Below are positions 31,301-38,555 of a DNA stretch of 57,089 nucleotides, in pieces; position 1 is the first letter of the stretch, and every line of letters begins with the position of its first letter. The position numbers and the translations under genes are program-made. This DNA comes from a virus. The stretch is from IMG/VR virus record IMGVR_UViG_3300025867_000001, one strand, 5' to 3'. The notes under the pieces were generated by a model that saw only the letters and a program-made list of their open reading frames with translations, did not search any database and was not told where the DNA came from.

Positions 31301-33387
31301 AAAACCCAGATACTCGCGGCTAAAGTACCAATAATAATTGCGAGATCCCGTAAAAGATTGGGTTTTGCTTTTTCAAATAGACCACTAAAACCAGATACAA
31401 TATTTTTTAATGCTTTGACTAAACCGGTGCTTGCACTAATAAATTTGCTAATTTGAACAACAAATAGTAATAGGACGCCAGCAACAACAAATTTAGTTAT
31501 TTGACTAAAATCCAGATTTTTTATTACGTCGCCGAATGATTTAAAACCAGACGTTACACTCGATAAATCAAACCCCTTGAAGAGGTCCGTGAAAGACTTA
31601 AATCCACTTTTTGCGAATGTCGCTATATTAGATCCTAAAGTCTTGAACCAACCGATTATAGTGGCTAAAGGTTTTGGCAATTTATTGGATAGCCAATCGA
31701 CTACCATTTTGATTGAGTCGACTATGCCGCCGAATACCTCGGAAGCAAAATCCCCAAGAACCTGTAAAGGGTCATCCGCCTCCCACAAGGTTTTGACGAA
31801 ATTTACAACAACACCAACGACAGACAAAATTGCATTACGTATTAAAAGCGCGGCTATCTCAACACCCAATAAGGCATATTGAAAAAAGCCACTAGATTTA
31901 ATTGCTTTATTTATTTCAACTAAGAAATCTCCCAAACCGGCAGTCGCTTCGCCTATTCCACCAACAAATGGAACAAGTACCTTTGCTGCAGTAAAAAGTG
32001 CATTTACGAAGAATTTAACAAGCTGCCAACCAATGTCGATGACTGCAAACAGACCAGCAAAAGTCCTTCGTATATTGTCGGCTGTTTTTTCTCCGATAAT
32101 TAATTTTTGGGTAAAATCGGAGAATATTTTGGTCATCTCTAGCCATTGCTCTTTTGTCCTCGGCGGAAATATTTGATCAAATGCTTGAGAAATAGGATGC
32201 AAAATACTAAGGAGGGCAACCGCTGCCTTTTGCAGTCCCTGGAACATATTAGAAATGCCGCCTTCTTCTTTAATCCAAGCGAGCATTTCATTCCGAACCT
32301 CACCACTGGCAGCAAAGATCGTATAGAGCGTCTCAGTCAGAGCAGAGAAGTTTTTCTTCGCTTCATCCAATTCCCCAAAGATAATCTCATATGTACGCAT
32401 CCATCCAGAAGATACGGCATCCTTAGTAGCACTAATAGCTTCGCCGAATGTTTTAGCAGTTTGCGCTGCCCTAAAACTTTCTTCTGCAATCTTGGAGTAT
32501 TGACCTGCCAAAGCATCCATTGCCTCGGATGCGGTATCGTAGACGCCTTCGTCAACAAGTTTATATGCTGCTTGCGAAAGCTCGGAGAACTTCCCGAATG
32601 CAGCTTCCATTACCCTAGTATCGGCCCACTTTTCTTGTAATGTGGTACCAAAGTTTCCAATATCAACAATAGTACCTTTAACCGTTTGGCCCTTTTCATT
32701 AAGAGCGCCCAACTCGATACCGGTTTCAATGAAAATCTGCTTAAGTTGTTTACCGGCTATGCCCGCCAGTTCTAAACTTTTCCAGTCTATATATTGTAGA
32801 TTACCTGAACCATAAGATTGGTTAAGATTATACATAGCCCTGCTAAATTCAGCAGCACCTTTGCCGGCAAAAGCAGTCGCATTTGCCACACCAGTAATTA
32901 AAGGAATCAGCTTCTCAACGTCACCGCCAGAGGAAGTCATTTGAGCAAGCGCAGCTGTCATATCCGTAAAGCCGTAGCTTGTTTCATCAGAAAACCACAT
33001 CAATTGGTCAAGATAGCCGTTAACTTCATCAATACTTTTGCCCGTCGCATTCATGATGGTCTGAACCGAAGCTAACTTCTGTTCATATTTAGTCCATCCC
33101 GATGCTAATTGATCAATCGTCAAGTTTTTCAGAAGTTTGGCGCCAGCATCTACGGCAGCTTCACCAATTCTCCGTAAAGCACCAATGCCAATCTGCTCTA
33201 AGGCAGAGAAAGAACTCGATAAGGAGCCAACAGATTTTTCTAGACCGTCAAAGTTCTTACCAGTTCCAGTATCTTTTAAGGCCTTACTAAATTCTTTTAA
33301 TGACGTTCCGGATTCTGCAATGCCCTTTTCAAACTTTTTATTCTCGAAGGACATTTCCACAATTCTTTGATCTATTTTATTACTCAT
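25396..33387 (-). CDS. Tape measure protein (2663 aa) with a long polytopic hydrophobic middle region.
   Basis: ATG 33387 follows GGAGGGAGG and overlaps the upstream stop (ATGA). Evidence is its size, its position after the chaperones, coiled-coil C-terminal third, and internal 65-aa repeats. Confidence 0.85.
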   Translation of the reverse strand: MSNKIDQRIVEMSFENKKFEKGIAESGTSLKEFSKALKDTGTGKNFDGLEKSVGSLSSSFSALEQIGIGALRRIGEAAVDAGAKLLKNLTIDQLASGWTKYEQKLASVQTIMNATGKSIDEVNGYLDQLMWFSDETSYGFTDMTAALAQMTSSGGDVEKLIPLITGVANATAFAGKGAAEFSRAMYNLNQSYGSGNLQYIDWKSLELAGIAGKQLKQIFIETGIELGALNEKGQTVKGTIVDIGNFGTTLQEKWADTRVMEAAFGKFSELSQAAYKLVDEGVYDTASEAMDALAGQYSKIAEESFRAAQTAKTFGEAISATKDAVSSGWMRTYEIIFGELDEAKKNFSALTETLYTIFAASGEVRNEMLAWIKEEGGISNMFQGLQKAAVALLSILHPISQAFDQIFPPRTKEQWLEMTKIFSDFTQKLIIGEKTADNIRRTFAGLFAVIDIGWQLVKFFVNALFTAAKVLVPFVGGIGEATAGLGDFLVEINKAIKSSGFFQYALLGVEIAALLIRNAILSVVGVVVNFVKTLWEADDPLQVLGDFASEVFGGIVDSIKMVVDWLSNKLPKPLATIIGWFKTLGSNIATFAKSGFKSFTDLFKGFDLSSVTSGFKSFGDVIKNLDFSQITKFVVAGVLLLFVVQISKFISASTGLVKALKNIVSGFSGLFEKAKPNLLRDLAIIIGTLAASIWVLSTIPADKAKNALKTLGLALLEFIGVYAALQVINLTGGFLTKKLGLQDIKAQALNLIGVSAALGILVLALKTISKIDESTVWRSVKVLAAIGGLLAAYEVLTTLLMMLPGAGTLDLGFLSFGAGILLLVAAVKLLSGISEDEVALGVIKLAGIMALLGAAEIVFGLAARIGGSNKVSQNILSLSVGILAMLGVMKILSMVKTDTITSGLKNLALISLVLAAMEVLFGVAGRIGGGSKFKSNILSITLGMAAMLGLIAIISEMGKAGVAIDNGLIVIAKMGGIIAALELLTAASARIGGGNKTQKILLSVALTMGAFTAIIAILKNFTIEEIQQGLLTISAMVGLIGAIELITALVGKISGDAKSFGVLIGTVAAILALTISLALLSAIPAEDLRSASVSLAIAAIAISGMALSIAAVIKALSLIQAGTQKISVLKNLIPAFVTLVAIIGATVGLFVALKYIAPIIDSVDWDTLGKFATGVAGIGLLLAAFNALIKNNYAGASWSKIGKQLMNLIPAFATLAAVIAATAGLFVAISLVNDKLKQIEWSDFGKFVAGIALIGVMVTAISLLSGPLAALGAGIGPVLLGVVAAVVSVGAIVLAFVGLAELLNLFYKENSESLQNGIDLLVSVAEGIGRFIGAFIGGFAIETLTGIGEGIAGFAAALSEVKPGSFSGIGDLAAAVLAITGAAILDGISRLVNFGLSPMEKFGLQLVGLIEALKLVSVDDANGATDILAALAPMAENLEKVATAAKTIPNSGGFLGDFVGNNDIDIYGRMLQGFINALNGEGMSLHAANHAKNILAELAPIADNLKTLANSAKEIPNSGGFLGDFLGENDIDTFGLMLSGFVGYLEGLDVENDVKPASAALEAMLPMATNLKRFADVARYIPNSGGNISKFFGDNDIATFSESVAGIVSTFGDIDSTLLSTGTSNLQTMADVMLPALKNFATLAGDIGEITDNRSGFFKLFSKNTPLTDFGKDFVGFVDLLVGVDFSNVGPAVEALGQINESFAVVGAEVMANAKKSFENNKKPYIDAIIAILTEANKAVTDNKQPIIDNIEGIAKDLPGKTETYKKKFKTLGEDLLKGLKSGIESQTEKKSLLTAIADVANSVVAKAKSIFDSSSPSKVFMTIGGWCTAGLALGITSKTKLATDAATDMALDTEKAVRDALGVHSLSDIWAKIGEWLPKSLGSGMTSVKDWLLNLAKNLGIDTSKFTLDGISETLADATNSSSLTKGIEALLEQFQSTVEDADIGSKIGDALGSAGTDIGNSIGDNIADGLADSLKDSKNVEKAEEAVESLLDKLQATLDERKFYGQLSLEEELEAYKAIRAEYAEGSEERKRIDREIYTLEKQIYEAQKQYIEDIAAAQKKAAEDRLALEKEYADAVAQVNADLQSKLADYQKAYNDTVADAYADAQQKRQAADQEYSNSYNDILKRAEDERIRAREDYANKQKEINQKLLSDIDAQNKAYEDAVKSRADAIYGAYGLFDEVKPDEEVTGEELLQNLRDQGAALSEWQQSLEALRARGVSEALIEELQKMGPSSKAQIKALLTLTDEQLDEYVSLFQGKYAFARTQAEAELVGLRESTNENIRQLISDAGTELADLETTFQSTMSNIDQQCSSDLNDLAQTYSQKLAEINSDLESKLAQAQQTLAENTQQANDEAAAKLEELKTNFDKEMTEINENLEDQLKTIKENFADTMKTVKEKSTEELDELNKVFKKKIEDINNGIDVQLDTLEENFDTTLGNVVTNTSQQMDDLVTKVESASTGFYTAGLNAAQSFATGLRDGTWYAQLAAQALANAAVAAANQALDIGSPSKIFMAMGRFVSEGFAKGITAYSSKAEDSTETMAQNIIAAMGNALAMLEGTDSEFSPVITPVVDLSVARRQFQTANDLLDSSNSYQIAQQSAKLAASTKDRQNGSVETSTVINNNFNLTGMQVRSDADIDDIAQKLYNKQQTAMRGRGLKAFSY

Positions 33388-33755
33388 AGGCCCTGAACCT
33401 CCCTCCAACATTCCTCAGCCATCTGATCGAATATTGGTTGCAAGGCAGGATTAATATAGTCGCGGCCTTGCACATATCCACCATTCTTAGTGGCATGACC
33501 ATATTGCAGTAAGATGGCTACAGGATAACCATTTTGGAAATTAGAATTAGAAAATCCAATTCCCCAATCCTCGATGGCATATGACCAAGATTCAGAAGTT
33601 AGACCGCTGTCTTTAGGAGTTGCCGATTTAAGTGCTTCGACACCTTTAGCTCCATATCTCGAGAGCGCGGTTCTAAGCCTACGACTGAGATTTTTGCTAT
33701 TGTCGAAGAATCTTTCAGCATTCTTAAAAGACCCGCGATGAGTCAATTTAACCAT
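33384..33755 (-). CDS. HK97 gp10-like small structural protein.
   Basis: 123 aa; LKSATPKDSGLTSESW...LLQYGH pattern gives weak family recognition. Confidence 0.35.
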   Translation of the reverse strand: MVKLTHRGSFKNAERFFDNSKNLSRRLRTALSRYGAKGVEALKSATPKDSGLTSESWSYAIEDWGIGFSNSNFQNGYPVAILLQYGHATKNGGYVQGRDYINPALQPIFDQMAEECWREVQGL

Positions 33756-33776
33756 GCTTGATTCTCCTTTACTATT

Positions 33777-34199
33777 TTAGACGCGACAATTGTTTACAAG
33801 TTCGCGATACTCTTCATTAGAGACGATTTTCCAATCTTTTTTCTTTTCCCACCAGATTGATTCTTCACCATTGCCTTTTAGATCCTTATACACTTCATGG
33901 AGCCTATTCTGAACATTAGCTTCATCGTCCGTCCATGCTCCGAGATCCCGGTTCAACTTAAAACATTGGTATAAATCATTTCGAAGGAGCGCCAAAAGTG
34001 CTTGGCTTTGAATTATCTGTAAATTACTAATACTAACTAGGTTTTGCTGAACAACCATCATTTGCTCCGACATTTTTTTTAATTCGGAGTAGTCTGTATT
34101 AACTCTTTTTACGGCCCTCAATAAACCAAGTTTATCGAGAAGCGTTATGATGGTAATGATTCCAGCACAGATACTAACTATAAGTTGCCAAACTTCCAT
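33777..34199 (-). CDS. Membrane-anchored protein downstream of the endolysin; a possible holin or lysis accessory.
   Basis: N-terminal TM segment (WQLIVSICAGIITIITLL) then a helical soluble part. Confidence 0.35.
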   Translation of the reverse strand: MEVWQLIVSICAGIITIITLLDKLGLLRAVKRVNTDYSELKKMSEQMMVVQQNLVSISNLQIIQSQALLALLRNDLYQCFKLNRDLGAWTDDEANVQNRLHEVYKDLKGNGEESIWWEKKKDWKIVSNEEYRELVNNCRV

Positions 34200-34204
34200 A
34201 GGTG

Positions 34205-35116
34205 CTACCTTCTTTTTATAAAATCAAGACTTATCCATCCGGCCCCAGATTTGAGTTTTCCCCATTTCGAAGCCCCAGAGCCAGTGGCCTCTTCGACAAT
34301 TGTGTAAACCTCATTTCGACGGACTCGGCCCGCAACCGAATAATTCGATCCTGGGCCTTTACGATAATTTAAACTGTCAACGGCAATGATAACTAAGTAG
34401 GGCTCAAACTTAGAAGGCGAAGGTGCTGGCGTGGAAATAACTGAAATAGAAACGCCAATCTGATGTTGGGTAATCAAATTCTTGAATGCATTCCATTGAG
34501 GAAGAATATAAACCGGGCAATACTTTCCAGCTGGATTAGCCTTACCGGTTCCATCATACTTATTAGTTAATGGGGAAACCTTGGCCAATGACTGGGTGTC
34601 ATGATTAGCAAGCATTTTGCCGGTTGCCAGCCAATTCGTCCAATAGTTGTGTGTATACAAATTCTTATCAACTGTCCACCCATACTTATTAAAAATATAG
34701 GCAATCAATTTTGCAGCGTTTTCCATCGAAGTCTTATCGGTCGCTGTCTGCTTTCCAGACATTATACATTCGATAGAAATTGTATCGCTATTTCCAGGTC
34801 CGTTGCCTCCGGTCGCTGAATGCCAACTGGTATAATCGTCCGAAAGGTTTCTCCAGGCTTCTTTAGCATCAACGTAGTAATGAACCCTTGCCTCACCCAT
34901 ATTGCCATTGATAGTAGCACGGGTATATTGCTCGGAATCCGTAGTCCCTGCTGCCTCTTTAATATCGTCAGTATTATGTAACGTGACACCTATTAGATTT
35001 TTCTGTCTCTTTGCCGGCATAGAAATCTTATTTGTGTTGTGAGCATTCAAAAAATACTCTTTGATCGTTAACCCTTGTGGAGTTACTTCTATTTTATCGG
35101 GAATTAAAAACGCCAT
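34205..35116 (-). CDS. Endolysin: N-acetylmuramoyl-L-alanine amidase (Amidase_2/PGRP fold) with a C-terminal SH3b-like domain.
   Basis: Motifs: IGVTLHNTDD, ARVHYYVD, WHSATGGNGPGNSDTISIEC, KYCP. C-terminal part: YRKGPGSNYSVAGRV...KWGKLKSGAGWISL. ATG 35116 follows AAGGGGG. Confidence 0.8.
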   Translation of the reverse strand: MAFLIPDKIEVTPQGLTIKEYFLNAHNTNKISMPAKRQKNLIGVTLHNTDDIKEAAGTTDSEQYTRATINGNMGEARVHYYVDAKEAWRNLSDDYTSWHSATGGNGPGNSDTISIECIMSGKQTATDKTSMENAAKLIAYIFNKYGWTVDKNLYTHNYWTNWLATGKMLANHDTQSLAKVSPLTNKYDGTGKANPAGKYCPVYILPQWNAFKNLITQHQIGVSISVISTPAPSPSKFEPYLVIIAVDSLNYRKGPGSNYSVAGRVRRNEVYTIVEEATGSGASKWGKLKSGAGWISLDFIKRR

Positions 35117-35120
35117 TACT

Positions 35121-35672
35121 TTACCCCCTTGTATGCATCTGGGCACGCCGCATTGCATTCAATTGCGAATTTCTACTTGCAGTATCTTTTCTACTCATCT
35201 TCTGTGGAGGAGAATTTTTGATATCAAAAACCCGTAAAAGAGTTAATAAGCGGTTGAGATGCCATTTTTGACATTCAATAGGTATCTGATTTGAAAACAT
35301 TCGGTAATAAAGAACCTCGGCAGTAACCGCTCCCCGGGACACGGGGCCTTGCGGACCGCGCTGTGAAAAAGTTGTCGCTGTCATCGGGTTATCTATATAT
35401 TGTTTGATGGCATTCATATTGTCGGGCGTTAAACCTACAAAAATTTCGGGCGCGACAGGAGTAACAGACATGCATGCTATGTAATCTCGATACATATCCA
35501 TACTAAAGGATTCTTTGCTAAAGGTACTTAAAAATGGTTGACGCCATTTGGCCTCCCATTTTGATATTGAGATTAAGGAATGCTCAAGAGTCACCGTGCA
35601 TGCAGGATTTGTCTTAATTACATTTGTTTGTGGATCATAGTAATCGTTTTCTGGTATGACAATCGTGAGCAT
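35121..35672 (-). CDS. Tail assembly chaperone-like protein.
   Basis: It lies between the major tail protein and the TMP. Pattern: LEHSLISISKWEAKWRQPFL. Confidence 0.45.
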   Translation of the reverse strand: MLTIVIPENDYYDPQTNVIKTNPACTVTLEHSLISISKWEAKWRQPFLSTFSKESFSMDMYRDYIACMSVTPVAPEIFVGLTPDNMNAIKQYIDNPMTATTFSQRGPQGPVSRGAVTAEVLYYRMFSNQIPIECQKWHLNRLLTLLRVFDIKNSPPQKMSRKDTASRNSQLNAMRRAQMHTRG

Positions 35673-35696
35673 TCCATCATCTCCTCATTATTTAGA

Positions 35697-36116
35697 TTAA
35701 GTTAGACTTGTCGGCGGAGGCAATACTTTACCAACCTGAGCGGCAACGTCCTCACGCATTTCTTGCGGGATTAAGCCCATAAAGAATTCCTTTGATTTAT
35801 CTTCATTATAGGCCAGGTCATAGAACAGTTCGCTGAATGCTTCCGTCTTGCTGAATTCGACGGCCAAGTCTTCCGTCTTGCGGAATTTCCCGGTTTCGGA
35901 ATCGCGTTCGCCATAGGCGCGCAATATTATTTTCTTTAACAAATCGATGGTCTTCTTGAGGTTATTGGTATCAATTGAATCCTGCAAATTTTTAATCAAA
36001 CCGCCACGAGTGTAGGTTTCCAGTTCAAGCCATTCAAATCTGTTTAGGTTGAAGTAGAAAACCTCAGTTACTTTATTACCATCGTAATCGGTGTATGTGA
36101 TCGGTCGCTTTATCAT
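35697..36116 (-). CDS. Tail assembly chaperone-like protein.
   Basis: 139 aa, immediately downstream of the major tail protein gene and its terminator. Confidence 0.45.
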   Translation of the reverse strand: MIKRPITYTDYDGNKVTEVFYFNLNRFEWLELETYTRGGLIKNLQDSIDTNNLKKTIDLLKKIILRAYGERDSETGKFRKTEDLAVEFSKTEAFSELFYDLAYNEDKSKEFFMGLIPQEMREDVAAQVGKVLPPPTSLT

Positions 36117-36145
36117 ATTAAATCTCCTTTTTATAAAAAAATATT

Positions 36146-36168
36146 AAAGGGGCGAAATCCGCCCCTTT
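36146..36168 (-). terminator. Strong rho-independent terminator after the major tail protein gene.
   Basis: AAAGGGGCG-(5 nt)-CGCCCCTTT hairpin. Confidence 0.75.
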
Positions 36169-36191
36169 ATGCTCATATCAATAATTTACGC

Positions 36192-36851
36192 TCAATCACC
36201 AGTAGTGAGTAGAGCAACGACAGCGTCAGGAAGCGGAAGTTCTGCTGTAGTGTCCGCGTCACCATATAGTTTTGCTTCAAGTGCGGCCATCTTCCCAGTA
36301 GCAACTTTTGTTGAATCCACAATCAGATGTGCAGTTGGTCTGTGCCCGGTAACCGCAACAGGAACGGTTGTGAAATCCCAGCTGAATTCAATCAGTGTCG
36401 GGGTATCGTTGATCGTCTCATACGCCGATTCAGAGACACCGGCCGTTGCGCCGTAAACCAAGTGTAATTTGTAACCGTACGCATCGCCAGAAACGTCGTT
36501 AACGATTGCTGTTCTATAGCAGAATCCGAACGTCTTACGCGGTTGCTGTGTAAGGTTAGCACCTGTAACAAGCTCAACTTCTCCTATAGCCTCCGCAAAC
36601 TCGGAAGGATAGGTATATGCACCGATTGAACCACTGAAATTTTCGGCCGATCTTAAAGTTATATACTTCTGATCATCGGCGTAGAAATCCTGAGGTTCGG
36701 CGCCTTCGGGCGAGTTCGTTACAGAACGAAGACCGTTCCATGCCACACCCGGAGAATATTTGCCTGTCTGGTCGAGCGGATAGTACACGCCCTTCGAAGT
36801 ACCGGTCTCGCCTATTCGCGAGCCGACGGCATCCCATACTAAAGTAGCCAT
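36192..36851 (-). CDS. Major tail (tube) protein.
   Basis: Pattern: KGVYYPLD...GVAWNGLRSVTNSPEGAEPQDFYADDQKY...FSGSIGAYTYPSEF. The gene is followed by a strong terminator. Confidence 0.7.
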   Translation of the reverse strand: MATLVWDAVGSRIGETGTSKGVYYPLDQTGKYSPGVAWNGLRSVTNSPEGAEPQDFYADDQKYITLRSAENFSGSIGAYTYPSEFAEAIGEVELVTGANLTQQPRKTFGFCYRTAIVNDVSGDAYGYKLHLVYGATAGVSESAYETINDTPTLIEFSWDFTTVPVAVTGHRPTAHLIVDSTKVATGKMAALEAKLYGDADTTAELPLPDAVVALLTTGD

Positions 36852-36871
36852 TATATTATTTCTCCTTTAAA

Positions 36872-37198
36872 TTAAAAATATGTCGAGTAAACGAAATGAT
36901 TAAGGTTATCAGTAACAAAAAAAGAACTGAAACTTGTATATGGTAATTTTGCTACCATATCGGGGAAGAGACTATCTGGGTTCCGATCGACAACAGTAAT
37001 CTGATATCGCTTTTTCCCTTGATAGAGTATATCGTCCGCAAATTTTTCATCAACGGCATCTAAGGAATAAACGATACACGGATACGTCATAAAGATTGTT
37101 GACGGTGGCTGAAAGTAGACCCGCTGCTTATCGGAAGATTCGTTTTTAGTACCAAGTATGTCCACCAGGAGCCAATGGAGATCCAATCGCTTACCCAT
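36872..37198 (-). CDS. Head-tail joining / tail completion protein (called by position).
   Basis: 108-aa ORF between the capsid and tail tube genes. Confidence 0.4.
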   Translation of the reverse strand: MGKRLDLHWLLVDILGTKNESSDKQRVYFQPPSTIFMTYPCIVYSLDAVDEKFADDILYQGKKRYQITVVDRNPDSLFPDMVAKLPYTSFSSFFVTDNLNHFVYSTYF

Positions 37199-37505
37199 TG
37201 TAGACCCCTCCTAATTGTAACACGACACGAGGTCTTTTGATGGAAAAAGATTGGATCTTCCACTTCTTCCCGATCCACTTAATGTACTTCATATAACAAA
37301 CATTATCGAAAGCAAATGGGTCTGCAATAATTGAAATACTATTATCAATGTTAATGTCATCGTTCACCTTATCTGCGATTTGCCACCGCAACTGATTCAG
37401 AATAACATCCCCACGATATTTTTTCTCAATTGTTTCATCTTCCCACACACCAGGACTAACTTCCTTTTGGATGACGTAGCCAACCGCGTCATAATATTTA
37501 GCCAT
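37191..37505 (-). CDS. Head-tail adaptor / head closure protein (called by position).
   Basis: 104-aa ORF overlapping the next gene by 8 nt. Confidence 0.4.
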   Translation of the reverse strand: MAKYYDAVGYVIQKEVSPGVWEDETIEKKYRGDVILNQLRWQIADKVNDDINIDNSISIIADPFAFDNVCYMKYIKWIGKKWKIQSFSIKRPRVVLQLGGVYNG

Positions 37506-37558
37506 TATTGGCTACCTCCTTCCATTTTGATTTTGGTTGGGGCCAAGTGAGCTGCTTA

Positions 37559-38533
37559 TTAAGAAGCAGTAACTGTAACCGTGTAAGTAACCGCCGCTGG
37601 AGCTTCTCCAACCGTTATCGTAAGAATATTTTCACCATTTGCCCATTCGATTCCCTGAGAAATGTCATCAATAACAGTATCTCCAAGTTTCACAGTAACT
37701 ATGGCATCATTGGGAACCGTTGTGAAGGTAAGAATATTGCTTGTATCTGTCGTAGCAGCCGTGTAGGCGACAACACCAGAGTCAAAGCTCGGAGACAAAG
37801 TGAGACTGCCAATGGTAAGAGCGCTTAGCGTCGGCGCAGGGAGTGAAGCGTCAATGTTGATGGTGTACTCGGATTTAAGAACGCCGTTCTTAATTTGCAA
37901 TGTAAATACAAGAACATGCTGTCCTTTAGTCCAATTAATTACTTCTCTTAGTTCATCGACATCGACTTCTTCCCCGTCAAGCGTTGCCGAGATAACAATA
38001 GTATGCGGGTAGTTCAAGTCATCGCCGACATCTACCCAGATAGCAGCCCGATCGCTTGTAGCTATAAGATCATAAGTAAACACATGAGGATCAAATGCGG
38101 GGGCCAAGTCATCGTCAGAATCATGAATACTAAGATCCGCCAGCAATGGAGGATTCGTCTGACTATGATACAGTACCGCATGTATTGAAGTATTTGCTAC
38201 ATAACCTGCGCCGGCAACATATTTTTCGCTTACCACGCGCTCATCATTACCCAGATCCCAAGCCGTATCCCAACACGTTAACGGGGAGACCCAATCCCTT
38301 TTATAGAAAGTAACATTTTTACTTTCAATTAATACAGAACCTTTAATAAAAAGATCCTGAAGCTCTTTGTTGCTCACCGGCCGTGAACATTCGGAATCAA
38401 AATACAAGTAATTCAGTTGGTCCGATCCAAAATCGTTAGACTTAAAGTATAAAACATATTTTGATATGTCAACGTCATTAGCGGTCATATAGAGTTTATC
38501 GGGAATCCCATCCCGACCTTTTTCAATATACAT
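37559..38533 (-). CDS. Capsid- or virion-surface protein with cadherin-like / Ig-like beta-sandwich repeats.
   Basis: Two repeats of the type LS.L(T/S)I...L.P.FD..V..Y.. (LADLSIHDSDDDLAPAFDPHVFTYDL and LSALTIGSLTLSPSFDSGVVAYTA), directly after the capsid gene. Confidence 0.5.
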   Translation of the reverse strand: MYIEKGRDGIPDKLYMTANDVDISKYVLYFKSNDFGSDQLNYLYFDSECSRPVSNKELQDLFIKGSVLIESKNVTFYKRDWVSPLTCWDTAWDLGNDERVVSEKYVAGAGYVANTSIHAVLYHSQTNPPLLADLSIHDSDDDLAPAFDPHVFTYDLIATSDRAAIWVDVGDDLNYPHTIVISATLDGEEVDVDELREVINWTKGQHVLVFTLQIKNGVLKSEYTINIDASLPAPTLSALTIGSLTLSPSFDSGVVAYTAATTDTSNILTFTTVPNDAIVTVKLGDTVIDDISQGIEWANGENILTITVGEAPAAVTYTVTVTAS

Positions 38534-38555
38534 AAAACCCTCCTAAGTCGCCCAA

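Noticed and set aside
35672-35700. A programmed -1 frameshift between the two tail-chaperone-like genes, as in G/GT-type systems.
   Set aside because: The ORFs are separated by a 24-nt gap with a proper SD for the second gene. I saw no slippery heptamer and no overlapping extended frame.
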